From assembly GCA_052146555.1 (NCBI GenBank), contig JBKQMU010000083.1, positions 39,316 to 103,315 on the forward strand: a DNA stretch of 64,000 nucleotides, read 5' to 3'. A model generated the notes under the pieces. That model did no database searches. It saw only the letters and a list, made by a program, of their open reading frames with translations, and had not been told where the DNA came from. The stretch comes from Isosphaeraceae bacterium (lineage in GTDB: Bacteria; Planctomycetota; Planctomycetia; Isosphaerales; Isosphaeraceae). A program made the position numbers and the translations under genes. Shown here piece after piece: positions 39,536 through 49,634 of the stretch. The stretch's first letter is position 1, and each line of letters opens with the position of its first letter.

Positions 39536-42500
39536 ATGAGCATCGAACTCAGCCTCGAGTTCCCGGATCAGAGCAACGTCATCGTCTCCTACGGGAACGT
39601 CAAATCGGGCGCGCTCGACTTCAAGAACCCACTCACCGCCCAGGACCGCAAAGAGCTCCGCTGGTACCTGGAAGTCTATGGAGCGCACTCGCTTGGCGAT
39701 CCGGACGACCAGGAAGCGAAGCGCATCGCTGCCAAGCTGGAGACCTGGGGCGAGGCACTGTTCAACGCCGTGTTTGGTGATCGCGCGGCGCAACGCCCTT
39801 TCAACGCCTTCCAGGATGCCGGTGACAAGGCTCGCCTGCTCACCATCAATGCCGAGTCGCCGGCCATTCTCGGGCTCCCCTGGGAGCTGCTCTGCGACCC
39901 GGGGCGTGGCGGGGCGTTCCTGTTCAACGAGCACCCGCGAATCAGCATCCGCCGCGGCGTGAGCGGCGCAACCGGTGGCCGCACCCCGTTTGTGGTCAAG
40001 TCCAAGGAGCGGCTGCACATGCTTTTCATCGTCAGCCGGCCCGAGGATGTCCCCTTTCTCGACCCGCGGGCCGATCCCGCCCCTGTGCTCGACGCGCTGG
40101 AGACGCACGCTCCGGGCCGGGTCACGTGGGAGTTCCTCCGCCCCCCGACGCTCGATGCGCTCGTGACGCGGATCGATGACAGGCGAAAGCAAGCGGTGGA
40201 TATCCTCCACTTCGACGGCCACGGTGTGTTCGATACCGACGGCGGCCTGCCGGAGCGGCTGAGCAACCGCACGGTGAATATCGCGCAGGTCCTTTCCGGC
40301 CAGATGCGGAAGGACCTGATCGTGGAGGCTTCCGCCAAGTCGCCGCCGAACATTGGCTATCTGCTGTTTGAAAAGGCGGACGGCCAGCCGGACCTGGTCT
40401 CGTCGGAGAAGCTCGGCTTCAACCTGCACCGCCGGAACGTGCCCTTGGTCATCCTCTCGGCTTGCCAGAGCGCAGCGCAGGGGGACAACGAGGAGCCGCT
40501 GGGCAGCGTGGCCGCGCGACTCACCGCCGCCGGCATCCCCGCCGTGCTGGCCATGACGCACTCCGTGCTCGTGCACACCACGCGGGCCCTCTTCGGCGAG
40601 TTCTACGCCCAGCTCGCCGGCCACCGGGCCATCGGCGAGGCGCTCGACGCTGCCCGCCTCCATCTCCTCAATCACCCGGAGAAATACAAAGTCCAGCGCG
40701 GCCCGGACCGCGTGCCGCTGCGGCTCTACGACTGGTTCGTGCCGTCCTTGTACCAGGCCGGGGCCGATGTGCCGCTCATCCGGGAGGCGAAAGGCAAGAA
40801 GCGGGTATCCGGCGCTGCGCTGGTCGAGCCGCGCTCCAATGTCCCCGCCCGTCCCGAAGCCGGCTTCTTCGGGCGGAAACGCGAGCTGTGGGACATCGAA
40901 CGCTGGTTTATGGGCAAGGCCCGCCGCATTACCATCACCGGTTTCGGCGGACAGGGGAAAACAGGGCTGGCCCTGGAGGCCGCGCGCTGGCTCACTCGGA
41001 CGAAAATGTTCGAGGCAGCGGTGTTCGTGGACTATTCTCGGGTGCAGGCGGCAGACGCGTTATCAGTGGCCGTGAGCAACATCGGCAGCGTGCTGGGTCA
41101 GAGTGTCATCGACGCCAACGCCGCACGCGAGGCGCTCCAGCAGACCCCCACGCTGGTGGTCCTGGACAACCTCGAAGCCGTGGCCGCGGTGCCCTTGCGC
41201 GAGCTGCTCGACGCCGCCAAGGGCTGGTTCGAGGCCGGCCCGTCCCGCGTGCTCCTCACCACCCGCACGCCGGATTTCGGCCACCCGGACTATCGGGTCG
41301 AGGGCACGCTCATTCATCGGCGGATCGTGCTGGACGGACTGGGGAATAAAGAGGCGTCGGATGATGCGCTGGAGTGGTTCGCCGAGCTGTCCAAGCTCCC
41401 GCCGGCGCCGACGCTGCCCACGCCAACGCGCGAGGCGCTCATCGATCTGTTCGACAAGGTGCGGTTCCACCCACTCTCCATCCGTACGCTGGCGGCGCAG
41501 CTCAAGACTTGGCGTCCGGCCGAGCTAGGCGATCGGCTGGGGCAGTTGCTCGCCGGCAGCGCGAGCGGATCGCCCACGGCGAGATCGACCGAGGCCACGC
41601 TCCCCGAGCTGGTCGCCTCACTCAAGCTCTCGCTCGACCGGCTGGACGCCGCCGCCCGACAGGTGCTGCCCCGGCTCGGCGTTTTCCAGGGCGGGGCGTT
41701 CGAGACGGAACTACTGGCCATCACGGGCCTGGAAGATGCGGAAGGGGGCGGAACGAACGTCTGGCCCGACCTGCGCCGGCAGCTCGAAGCTGCGGCCTTG
41801 ATCGAGGCGGAGACGGTGCCGGGCGTGAAGCCGCCGTTCCTGAGGTTCCATCCCACGCTGGCCCCGATGCTCTGGGAGCAGCTTGGCCCCGACGAGCGCG
41901 CCCGACTCACCACCGCTCACCGGCAGGGGTATTATGAGCTCGCCAGCGGCTTGAACTTCGCAGACGACAAGAACCCGCACGAAACACGCGCCATTGCGTC
42001 GCGGGAACTGCCCAACCTGCTCCATGCCGCTGATGCCGCCTTTGATGCCCACGATCCCGACGCCGTGAGCTTCGCGGACAGCCTCACCAAGTTCCTCAAC
42101 GTCTTCGGCCTCAAGCGAGATGCCGAGCGCCTCACCGCCCGGGCGCAGGCCGCATCCGGTGACGAGGGCTCGCCTGCCTGGTACCTGGCCCAGTCGCAGC
42201 GCGGCGAGCAGTTGTGGGCCTCCGGCCAGGCGACCGAGGCGGCCCAGGTCTTCGAGGCCATCCTTTCGCGTCTCGGCGACGCCCCCAGCTACGAGCGTGC
42301 GGTAACGCTGGACAGATTCGGCCGGTGCTTCAGGGCCGGCGGACGGCTGGACCTGGCGGCGGCGCGCTACCGGGAAGGCCTTGAGGTGACTGAGAAGCTG
42401 GAGCAGAGCGATTGGGTGAAAGGTCTGACGTACTCGTTGCACACTGATCTCGCGGACGTGCTGTGCGATCGGGGGCAATACGCCGAAGCGCGGCAGGAAT

Positions 42501-43483
42501 ACGAAACAGGACTCAGGATCGCGGAGGAACTCGGGAACTTGCGTAACCAGGGCGTGACTCTCGGCCAGCTTGGCACGCTGGCCATGCGGGAAGGCAAGCT
42601 TGAGGAAGCACAGGCGCGCCACCGGGCCGCGCTCGCGCTGTTCCAGCAGCTCCGCGAACCGGCCATGGAGGCCGTCGTCTGGCATCTGCTCGGCTTGGTC
42701 TATCAGAAAGCCATGCAATGGGACGAGGCCGAGTGGCACTACCGAGAGGCAGCACGGATCCAAGGGGAAAGGGGCAACATCACCGGCGCCGCCCAGACCT
42801 GGAACCAGTTGGCCAACATCAGCAAGGCAGCCGGCAAGCCGAAAGCGGCGGAGGACTGGTGTCGCAAGGCGATTGAGGCTCGCCGGAAGATCGAAGAGCC
42901 CAAAGAACTAGCACTTTACCTTAACAACCTCGCCAACCTCCTGCAAACCCAACCGGATCGGCTGGCCGAGGCCCGCCAACTGGCCGAGGAGGCGCTGGCG
43001 CTCAAGAAGACCCTCGATCCCGGTGCGGCGGAAATCTGGAAGACGTACGGCATTCTCGCGGAGATTGCGGACAGGGAGGCCGGACTCACGACGAACACCC
43101 GCCGGCAGGCAGAACTCCAAGCGGAGGCGCGGGAACACCGCCGTCTCGCCCGCGAGGCTTTACGCAACTTCCCCGGCGCGCGGCAGGAGCTGCAGGGGCT
43201 CCTGCCGCTGATCGACGCGACCTTGATGGCCGTCCAGGACTCCGCACAACAAGAGAATCCCGATGCCATTCTGAAGGTCTACAGCGATGCCGGCTGGAAC
43301 AAGATCGTCGATGCGGTGCGCCGCATCGTTGGCGGCGAGCGCGACCCAGTTGCTCTCGGTTTGGACTCCGACCTCGATCCCGGAAGCTCGCTGATCGTCG
43401 GAATCATCCTCGCCGCCCTGTCCAACCCCTTCACGCTCTCGGACCTTCTCCCGCCGAATGACGGTCCCAAAGTGGCGAGCTGA
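39536..43483 (+). CDS. CHAT (caspase-like) protease - STAND/NB-ARC-like ATPase - TPR protein
   Basis: LPWELL, ILHFDGHG and VILSACQS (His/Cys dyad); GFGGQGKT Walker A; LVVLDNLE Walker B; about 7 TPRs. ATG 39536 preferred. Confidence 0.9.
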   Translation: MSIELSLEFPDQSNVIVSYGNVKSGALDFKNPLTAQDRKELRWYLEVYGAHSLGDPDDQEAKRIAAKLETWGEALFNAVFGDRAAQRPFNAFQDAGDKARLLTINAESPAILGLPWELLCDPGRGGAFLFNEHPRISIRRGVSGATGGRTPFVVKSKERLHMLFIVSRPEDVPFLDPRADPAPVLDALETHAPGRVTWEFLRPPTLDALVTRIDDRRKQAVDILHFDGHGVFDTDGGLPERLSNRTVNIAQVLSGQMRKDLIVEASAKSPPNIGYLLFEKADGQPDLVSSEKLGFNLHRRNVPLVILSACQSAAQGDNEEPLGSVAARLTAAGIPAVLAMTHSVLVHTTRALFGEFYAQLAGHRAIGEALDAARLHLLNHPEKYKVQRGPDRVPLRLYDWFVPSLYQAGADVPLIREAKGKKRVSGAALVEPRSNVPARPEAGFFGRKRELWDIERWFMGKARRITITGFGGQGKTGLALEAARWLTRTKMFEAAVFVDYSRVQAADALSVAVSNIGSVLGQSVIDANAAREALQQTPTLVVLDNLEAVAAVPLRELLDAAKGWFEAGPSRVLLTTRTPDFGHPDYRVEGTLIHRRIVLDGLGNKEASDDALEWFAELSKLPPAPTLPTPTREALIDLFDKVRFHPLSIRTLAAQLKTWRPAELGDRLGQLLAGSASGSPTARSTEATLPELVASLKLSLDRLDAAARQVLPRLGVFQGGAFETELLAITGLEDAEGGGTNVWPDLRRQLEAAALIEAETVPGVKPPFLRFHPTLAPMLWEQLGPDERARLTTAHRQGYYELASGLNFADDKNPHETRAIASRELPNLLHAADAAFDAHDPDAVSFADSLTKFLNVFGLKRDAERLTARAQAASGDEGSPAWYLAQSQRGEQLWASGQATEAAQVFEAILSRLGDAPSYERAVTLDRFGRCFRAGGRLDLAAARYREGLEVTEKLEQSDWVKGLTYSLHTDLADVLCDRGQYAEARQEYETGLRIAEELGNLRNQGVTLGQLGTLAMREGKLEEAQARHRAALALFQQLREPAMEAVVWHLLGLVYQKAMQWDEAEWHYREAARIQGERGNITGAAQTWNQLANISKAAGKPKAAEDWCRKAIEARRKIEEPKELALYLNNLANLLQTQPDRLAEARQLAEEALALKKTLDPGAAEIWKTYGILAEIADREAGLTTNTRRQAELQAEAREHRRLAREALRNFPGARQELQGLLPLIDATLMAVQDSAQQENPDAILKVYSDAGWNKIVDAVRRIVGGERDPVALGLDSDLDPGSSLIVGIILAALSNPFTLSDLLPPNDGPKVAS

Positions 43484-43499
43484 ACGGACCGCTGCTTGT

Positions 43500-44678
43500 T
43501 CATTCCGAGGTAACGGCCGTGCGCAGGACGCGGCTGGTGATCTGGCCGGAAGCCAGCCGGGTTTGGATGAGGTCGTCGGGCTGGACGTCGTCGGGCTTGC
43601 GGACGAGGGTCGTGCCGTCGGCTTGAAAGGTGAGGCTATAGCCGCGAGCCAGAACGGCCAGTGGGCTCAGGGCTTCGAGCGACGCAGCAAGCTGGGTGAG
43701 GCGGCTGCGGCGATCGTCGAGGCAGATCCGGATCGCGTGGCGGGCCGCTTCGGAGAGCTGGTCGAGGCGGGTGCGTGCTTCCTTGATCCGGGTCTGGCTG
43801 ACGCGATGCAGGCGTTCGGCCAGGCGATCGAGGTGCATGGCGACCTCGCGGCAGTCGGGGACGGCAAGCTCGCCGGCCTCGCTGGGCGTCAGTGCCCTTC
43901 GGTCGGCGGCCAGGTCGGCCAGGGTCACATCGATCTCGTGACCGACGGCCGAGACGACCGGCAGGCGTGAGCCGGCGATCGCCCGGGCCACGATCTCTTC
44001 ATTGAACGCCCCCAAGTCCTCGGTGGATCCGCCGCCCCGGGCGACGATGATCAGGTCGGCGTCTCGCAGACGGTTGGCAAGGTTCACCGCCGCGGCGATC
44101 TCGGAGCCTGCTCCCGTACCCTGTACCCGCGCCGGTGCGATCAGGATCTCGGCGGCGCACCACCGCCGGGCCGTAATCTGAAGCAGGTCACGGACCGCCG
44201 CGCCGGTCGGACTGGTGACGATCACGACCCGGCGCGGAAACCGCGGCAGCGCTCGCTTCCGCTCCGGATCAAAGAGCCCTTCGGCCGCCAGCCGCGCGTA
44301 AAGCTGACGAAAGGCCAGCTCCAGCGCTCCAACGCCCTCCGGCTCGAGGTGGCGGACGACGACCTGGTAATCGCCCCGGGGCGCATAGACCGTCAGTCGT
44401 CCCAGCACCCGCACCGCCAGGCCGTCGGCAAGGTCGAAGGCCAGCCGCTGGGCGTCGGTCTTCCACATCACGGCGCGGAGCGAAGCCAGCGGGTCCCGGA
44501 GGCTGAAGTAGACATGGCCCGACTTGGGCCGCGCCAGGTTGGTGATCTCGCCGGCAACGGCAACATCGCCGAAATCGCCTTCCAGAACGTCCTTGATGCG
44601 ATCGGTCAGCGCTGAGACCGACTCGAACCGCGGTCCCAGCAGGTCGCCGACAGGGCGGAACGAAAAGGCGCTCGACAT
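43500..44678 (-). CDS. xseA: Exodeoxyribonuclease VII large subunit
   Basis: VAGEITNL..SGHVYFSL, VTSPTGAAVRD, IVARGGGSTEDL..FNEE, SAVGHEID, LTPSEA, LSPLAVLARGYS. Confidence 0.97.
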   Translation of the reverse strand: MSSAFSFRPVGDLLGPRFESVSALTDRIKDVLEGDFGDVAVAGEITNLARPKSGHVYFSLRDPLASLRAVMWKTDAQRLAFDLADGLAVRVLGRLTVYAPRGDYQVVVRHLEPEGVGALELAFRQLYARLAAEGLFDPERKRALPRFPRRVVIVTSPTGAAVRDLLQITARRWCAAEILIAPARVQGTGAGSEIAAAVNLANRLRDADLIIVARGGGSTEDLGAFNEEIVARAIAGSRLPVVSAVGHEIDVTLADLAADRRALTPSEAGELAVPDCREVAMHLDRLAERLHRVSQTRIKEARTRLDQLSEAARHAIRICLDDRRSRLTQLAASLEALSPLAVLARGYSLTFQADGTTLVRKPDDVQPDDLIQTRLASGQITSRVLRTAVTSE

Positions 44679-44846
44679 GATTTTGGCCGGTTCCCACACG
44701 AGCCACTTGGTCAGTTCCGTAGCGTGACAGTGTAGCTGCCGCACGGACGGGTGAACAGGCAGTGGGCGGGTCCGCGGTTATCCCTTCTCCCGCCGGGAGA
44801 CGGTAAGAATTAACGCGCGACACCCTCGCCCGCCCACTGCCGGCTG

Positions 44847-45986
44847 TTACTGACCGATCCAATCGTCGTCGTTGAGCGATTCCTTACCGTTCCGGGTCAC
44901 CAGGCCCCGCAGGACGACGACGTTGACAGATCCGGAGAGGAAGCGGACGGCACCATCGCCCATCACGATATTGGCCCCGCCGTTGTGGAGAGAGTAGATC
45001 TCGTCGTCGGCACCGGCGTTTTGGCCCGTCCTGGGGTTTCCAGTACCGTCGTTGTGGTAGGGCTGGGGGCCGTGAGAGGGGCCACCGGGATTATCCGCCT
45101 GCCCGGAGACGCCGATGGCACAGGCCGGCTCGGCCCATCGCCAGTATCGACGATAAACGGCCGTTCCCATCCCCATGCCGGTGGTCATTTCTGTCGCGGC
45201 GGTTGGTGGCATTTGCGTAGAAGGATAGTAGTTGGGATCGTTGGAGAAAAAGCTTGCCAGATAGGCAGACTGGAAGGTGGCGTCGCGGCTGGCGTCCTCG
45301 GCCACCAGGATGGTGGTGGAAAGACCATCGATCACTGCGCCCACTTTCGTCAATCCCTTGGCGAGCAGGCCGTCAGCGCGGGAACTTTGGTTGCGATAAG
45401 GCGTGGCGGGATAATAAGTGCCATCCGCGCGCGTTTTGCCATAAGGGTCGATGTCGGTGTAGTACGTTGGAGCATAGTCGGTGTAGCCGTAGCCGCGGGA
45501 ATTGAGCACCGAGTTGCTGGGCATCATCTGGTCGGTCGGGTCCAGATCGTCCGTGCCGATGTTCGATTGCCTCTGGGCCGAGGGGCAAAGGAGAACCTGA
45601 AAGGCCGTGCCAGCGACTGTGAAATTTTGTCCCCACATCACGTCGTAAGGGAGCTGGAAGTTGTAGCTGTTGTAGTAACCACCCCTGTCGATAAACGCGA
45701 GGAGCCGCGGGAAAACGCCATGGCCGTCCACGAACTGACTCGTGGGCAGGCCGGATGTCGGGTAGTAGGTCGATGCGCCCGCGGGGGGAAATGCCCGGTA
45801 GGCGCTCTCGTAGTTGTGCAGGGCCAGGCCGATCTGCTTGAGGTTGTTGACGCACTGTGCGCGTCGGGCGGCTTCGCGGGCCGTCTGTACGGCAGGAAGC
45901 AGCAGGGCCGAGAGGATGCCGATGATCGCGATAACCACCAGCAGCTCGATCAGTGTGAATGCACGGCGCGAATTCGTGGTTTCCAT
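44847..45986 (-). CDS. DUF1559 prepilin-like protein
   Basis: [48 protein letters not shown]; C-terminal H-x9-DG ([12 protein letters not shown]). Confidence 0.95.
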   Translation of the reverse strand: METTNSRRAFTLIELLVVIAIIGILSALLLPAVQTAREAARRAQCVNNLKQIGLALHNYESAYRAFPPAGASTYYPTSGLPTSQFVDGHGVFPRLLAFIDRGGYYNSYNFQLPYDVMWGQNFTVAGTAFQVLLCPSAQRQSNIGTDDLDPTDQMMPSNSVLNSRGYGYTDYAPTYYTDIDPYGKTRADGTYYPATPYRNQSSRADGLLAKGLTKVGAVIDGLSTTILVAEDASRDATFQSAYLASFFSNDPNYYPSTQMPPTAATEMTTGMGMGTAVYRRYWRWAEPACAIGVSGQADNPGGPSHGPQPYHNDGTGNPRTGQNAGADDEIYSLHNGGANIVMGDGAVRFLSGSVNVVVLRGLVTRNGKESLNDDDWIGQ

Positions 45987-46164
45987 GGCTTTAAGAAACT
46001 CCAAGAAAGGGAAGCTCGGTGTGTACTCTCACGTGAAGCCAGCGACCCCAAGGGGCGCGGTACACGAGTGACAGGACTGTGACCAAAGACGGACGTTTGC
46101 CGGTCTCGCTCGGGAGAGTGCCCGGCAGGCTTACGGTAGGTAGCGGAGTGTCACATCGCTGGGA

Positions 46165-46641
46165 TCAGGCCGAGTTCCGTGGCCTTGGGGGCCTGTCGAT
46201 CCGGGAGGACCGCTGAGAAGGGAGGCAGCAGGAGGAGGTGTCGGACAGCGGTTCGCTGGCCTCTGGTTCCCATCTCAGGAATCCGAGGCCAAGAATTGCG
46301 GCTCGGGCCGAGGGACCCGGCGGCCTCGCACTCGGGACGGCCGGGTCACTGCACGGAGACTCGCCCAGGCACGGGCCAGACTCCGTGCTCTGCTCGCTGG
46401 CGGCTGATCGGGTTGAAGACGCGGGGACACCGCGGCGGGGCGATCTGGACCGGCCGCAGCAGCAGGAGGCCATCCGGCAGCGCTCACCGCAACGACAGAC
46501 CCGGGCATGTTCCTCCGCGTCGAAATGGCCCGCGCTTGGCGCGCCCGCGGCAGCCGCGTTCGCCTGAAAAGCAAGACCGAACACGGCCGCAAGCAGAAAG
46601 CCTGTCGCGAAAAACCTGGGATTGTGCGGCCGTGGAACCAT
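46165..46641 (-). CDS. Cys-rich exported-type small protein ending in RPPR (possible leader/regulatory peptide)
   Basis: Signal-like helix, CRCGERC..SCCC, PC...PC, C-terminal RIDRPPR; upstream of the DUF1559 gene. Confidence 0.6.
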   Translation of the reverse strand: MVPRPHNPRFFATGFLLAAVFGLAFQANAAAAGAPSAGHFDAEEHARVCRCGERCRMASCCCGRSRSPRRGVPASSTRSAASEQSTESGPCLGESPCSDPAVPSARPPGPSARAAILGLGFLRWEPEASEPLSDTSSCCLPSQRSSRIDRPPRPRNSA

Positions 46642-46863
46642 GCTTGAGAAGCCGTCGCAGTCAGGTCGTGGTCGTTCCAGAGAAAACCTGGCACCGAATT
46701 GGAGCGTGCTTTCTGGAGTCCACACCATAATTCGACGCTGCCAGACCTCAGGATATCATCATACCGCTGGGGGCGCACGCCGCAATACGGTTGAAGAGGG
46801 CAGGGGGCTGGTAGTTGTGGGCAGTAAGCGGTGGCCAGGCGGCAATTAACAGAGCCCGAAGCG

Positions 46864-47880
46864 TCAGCGACGGCCACAGTTCGCGAGTGACCACGCAGCG
46901 CGTCGGCTCGGACGCGCGCGCGACAGGTTATGGGGCCCGGCGCAGGTGGCGGCTCGATGACCGCGGGCTGGACTGTAACAGGGCCAGAGAAGATGCGCGA
47001 CGGCCTGGGCCGGATGGGTGGCGATCCGCGCCTCGAGCTGCCGCAGATAGTCGGTCACGGCCTGACCTTGCCCGCCGTCCTCGATTTGGCCTGCGGCCTG
47101 GAGATCGAGCCGGTACCGACCGCCCTTTTGGTGGGTACAAAAGATGTGGTAGACGGGGGCCCGGGTCAAGACGGCAAGCTCGGTCCAGATGGAAAGGAAC
47201 CGATGCTCCACACCCAGCAACCGTCCCGGTTGTGTGTTCGGGCTGACCCAGGGGATGTCGCCGCAGAGATAGACCGCCAGACCATCACGCAGGGCTGCGC
47301 GGGCACGCTGGAGCAGCTCGACCGCCTGCGGTCGCGTCAGGTCGCGTTTCAGGAACATACGAGCCTGGGGATGCGGTCCGGTGGCATCGTCGAACCGTCG
47401 CGTCAAAAGCCTTGAGACATGCCAGGGACGTTGAACCATGGCACGCACAGGCAGCCCCATGCGGTAGAGCCAGTGCAGCCCCTCGATATAAGCCCCCAGG
47501 TGGCTGCCGACGAGAATCACGCCCCGACCGGCCGCCAAGTCGCTCTCGAGCTGTGCTGCTCCCACGACATCGAAGCGGCCCAGAGCTTCGTGATCCCTCG
47601 GGCAGTCCAGGGGATAGTCGCGCGCCAAGGTTCGCAGCGTGCCGGCGGCCAGCGCCGGCCAGAGTTCCTCGACCGGGCCGTCGAGATCCAGCGCCTCCTG
47701 GGCGCGCCTCAGCGCCTGCCGCAGCCGCGCTTTCGCGCCAGGTCGCAGCCCGATGAGCGCTTTGCCCAAAGCGCTTAAGACCGCGTCGCACCGGGCCGGT
47801 CCCAGGCGAGAGAGCAGGGGCAGGAAAAGTCCGTAAAACGCGGACTTCCAGCAGAAGGCCCTGCGCAGAAGCCGGCTCAC
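46864..47880 (-). CDS. LpxL/LABLAT-like (lysophospholipid) acyltransferase
   Basis: GRGVILVGSHLGAYIE (H-x4-E type), AVYLCGD, LAVLTRAPV, ARIATHPAQ; 4-nt overlap with the upstream gene. Confidence 0.8.
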   Translation of the reverse strand: MSRLLRRAFCWKSAFYGLFLPLLSRLGPARCDAVLSALGKALIGLRPGAKARLRQALRRAQEALDLDGPVEELWPALAAGTLRTLARDYPLDCPRDHEALGRFDVVGAAQLESDLAAGRGVILVGSHLGAYIEGLHWLYRMGLPVRAMVQRPWHVSRLLTRRFDDATGPHPQARMFLKRDLTRPQAVELLQRARAALRDGLAVYLCGDIPWVSPNTQPGRLLGVEHRFLSIWTELAVLTRAPVYHIFCTHQKGGRYRLDLQAAGQIEDGGQGQAVTDYLRQLEARIATHPAQAVAHLLWPCYSPARGHRAATCAGPHNLSRARPSRRAAWSLANCGRR

Positions 47881-49634
47881 ATTTCTGCTCCTTGTGCCGT
47901 GGCCATGGTTCCCAGCCGCTGATAATCAATCTTGTCCGTCGACGTCGCCGGCAGGCTCGCCACGAAGGTGATCGTGTCGGGAACCATATATGGGGGCAAA
48001 TACTCAGTGCAATGGCGCTTCAGCGCGATGATCGATCGCTTCTGGTCTGGCTTGAGGGCGACGAACGCGGTGATCGTGACGCCTGCATCATCCGACCGGG
48101 CCACGACCGCGGCGCGGTCGACTCCCGGATGGCGATAGAGAACCGCTTCGATCTCACCCAGCTCGATCCGGTAGCCGCGCTTCTTGACCATCCGGTCGCG
48201 TCGGCCGTGAAAATGGAAGCAGCCATCACCGGAGTCAACGACCAAGTCGCCGGTCCGGTACCACCGGGGCCCTTCGTTGTCGGTGAAGAACGCTTGGGCC
48301 GTGAGCTCGGCCTGGCCGAAGTAGCCGCGCATGACGCCGGGGCCGGCGATCGCGAGCTCTCCCAGCGTGCCGGCGGGAACGTCCCGGCCCTCCTCATCGA
48401 CGACCCTCGCCGACAGCGGAGGGCAGACACTTCCGATCGGGTAGGGCGCTATTCGATCGTCGGGAATGACCGCCGGAATCGACTGCGCCGTGCAGACGTT
48501 AGTCTCCGTCGGGCCGTACAGGTTCCAGAGCCGCGCATCGGGCCAGAGCCGCCGCAACCTGCGCAAGGGGCCGATCGGGAAGACCTCACCGGCGAAGAGC
48601 ACCAGCCGAGGCGCGACGGAGCCCTCGCGGTCCAGGCCGCCGTGCTCGGCCAGCAAGGCGAGAATCGACGGGGCCGAGTACCAAACGCTGATCCGCCTTT
48701 GCGCCAGGAAGTCGCCCAGAAGCGCGGGTTCCTTCGCTAGCCTTTCACCGATCAAGACAAGCGTGACGGCATTGCGGCAGGCAACGTAGAGGTCGAAGAC
48801 AGACAGGTCGAAATGCAGCGGCGCATGCGACGAGAAGCGATCGTCCGAGTTCCACGGACCGAGCGTCTCCTGGCACCAGTCCAGAAACGTAAATGCATTG
48901 GCATGCGAAAGCATGACCCCCTTGGGCTGGCCAGTCGAGCCCGAGGTAAAGAGAATGTAGGCCGGGTCTTCGGGATCGCGGTCAGGGGGCAGGGGAGCGG
49001 GGGCGTCGTCGGCCTCGATCTCCGACCAGAGGGCATCATTGCCGATGGTCGGCCAAAGGGCCGGGTCGTCGTCGCGGGAAGGTTCTGAGGAGGTCGGTGA
49101 GCACTCCGGTTCGTCGACCTTGATCAGCCTGGGCAAAGGGCCAGGGCCCGGCCAAGCCGCGCGGAGGGCAGGGGCCAGCGACGTGCTGACCACGACCGCC
49201 TTGACCCCGCTGGCCGCGAAGATCGTCACCGCGCGCGCAGCCGGCCCGGTGGGATCGACGGGCACGTACGCGGCCCCGCTGCGGAGGATGCCGTGCACGG
49301 CCGTGACGGCCTCCAGGCTCTTGGGCAGCCAGAGCCCGACCCGGTCGCCGCGACCTGCGCCCCAGCGGGCCAGCCGGGTCGCCAACCGGTCGGCACCGTG
49401 CAGAAGCGCTGCGTAGGTGAGGGTCCGGCCGTGCTCGTTCTCGAGGGCCACGTGATCGGGCCGCCGCGCGGCGGCCAATTCCAATAGGTGACCGAGATGA
49501 TGCATTTCCCTGGAGCTTTTCCCGCACTGCGTGCCCTTGGCAGCGGCAGCCGGACCAAGAGGTGGGGCCATCAGCAGTCCCGCCTGGTTCGTAAGTTCCG
49601 TCTGGTTCGTAAGTTCCGCCTGGTTCGTCGTCAT
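47877..49634 (-). CDS. Stand-alone amino-acid adenylation domain protein (DltA/AlmE-like)
   Basis: YILFTSGSTGQPKGV, HFDLSVFD, FAGE, NLYGPTE, YRTGD, GRRD..VKKRGYRIELGEIE, terminal Lys motif; 18-bp NQ(A/T)ELT repeat at the N-terminus. Confidence 0.92.
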   Translation of the reverse strand: MTTNQAELTNQTELTNQAGLLMAPPLGPAAAAKGTQCGKSSREMHHLGHLLELAAARRPDHVALENEHGRTLTYAALLHGADRLATRLARWGAGRGDRVGLWLPKSLEAVTAVHGILRSGAAYVPVDPTGPAARAVTIFAASGVKAVVVSTSLAPALRAAWPGPGPLPRLIKVDEPECSPTSSEPSRDDDPALWPTIGNDALWSEIEADDAPAPLPPDRDPEDPAYILFTSGSTGQPKGVMLSHANAFTFLDWCQETLGPWNSDDRFSSHAPLHFDLSVFDLYVACRNAVTLVLIGERLAKEPALLGDFLAQRRISVWYSAPSILALLAEHGGLDREGSVAPRLVLFAGEVFPIGPLRRLRRLWPDARLWNLYGPTETNVCTAQSIPAVIPDDRIAPYPIGSVCPPLSARVVDEEGRDVPAGTLGELAIAGPGVMRGYFGQAELTAQAFFTDNEGPRWYRTGDLVVDSGDGCFHFHGRRDRMVKKRGYRIELGEIEAVLYRHPGVDRAAVVARSDDAGVTITAFVALKPDQKRSIIALKRHCTEYLPPYMVPDTITFVASLPATSTDKIDYQRLGTMATAQGAEM

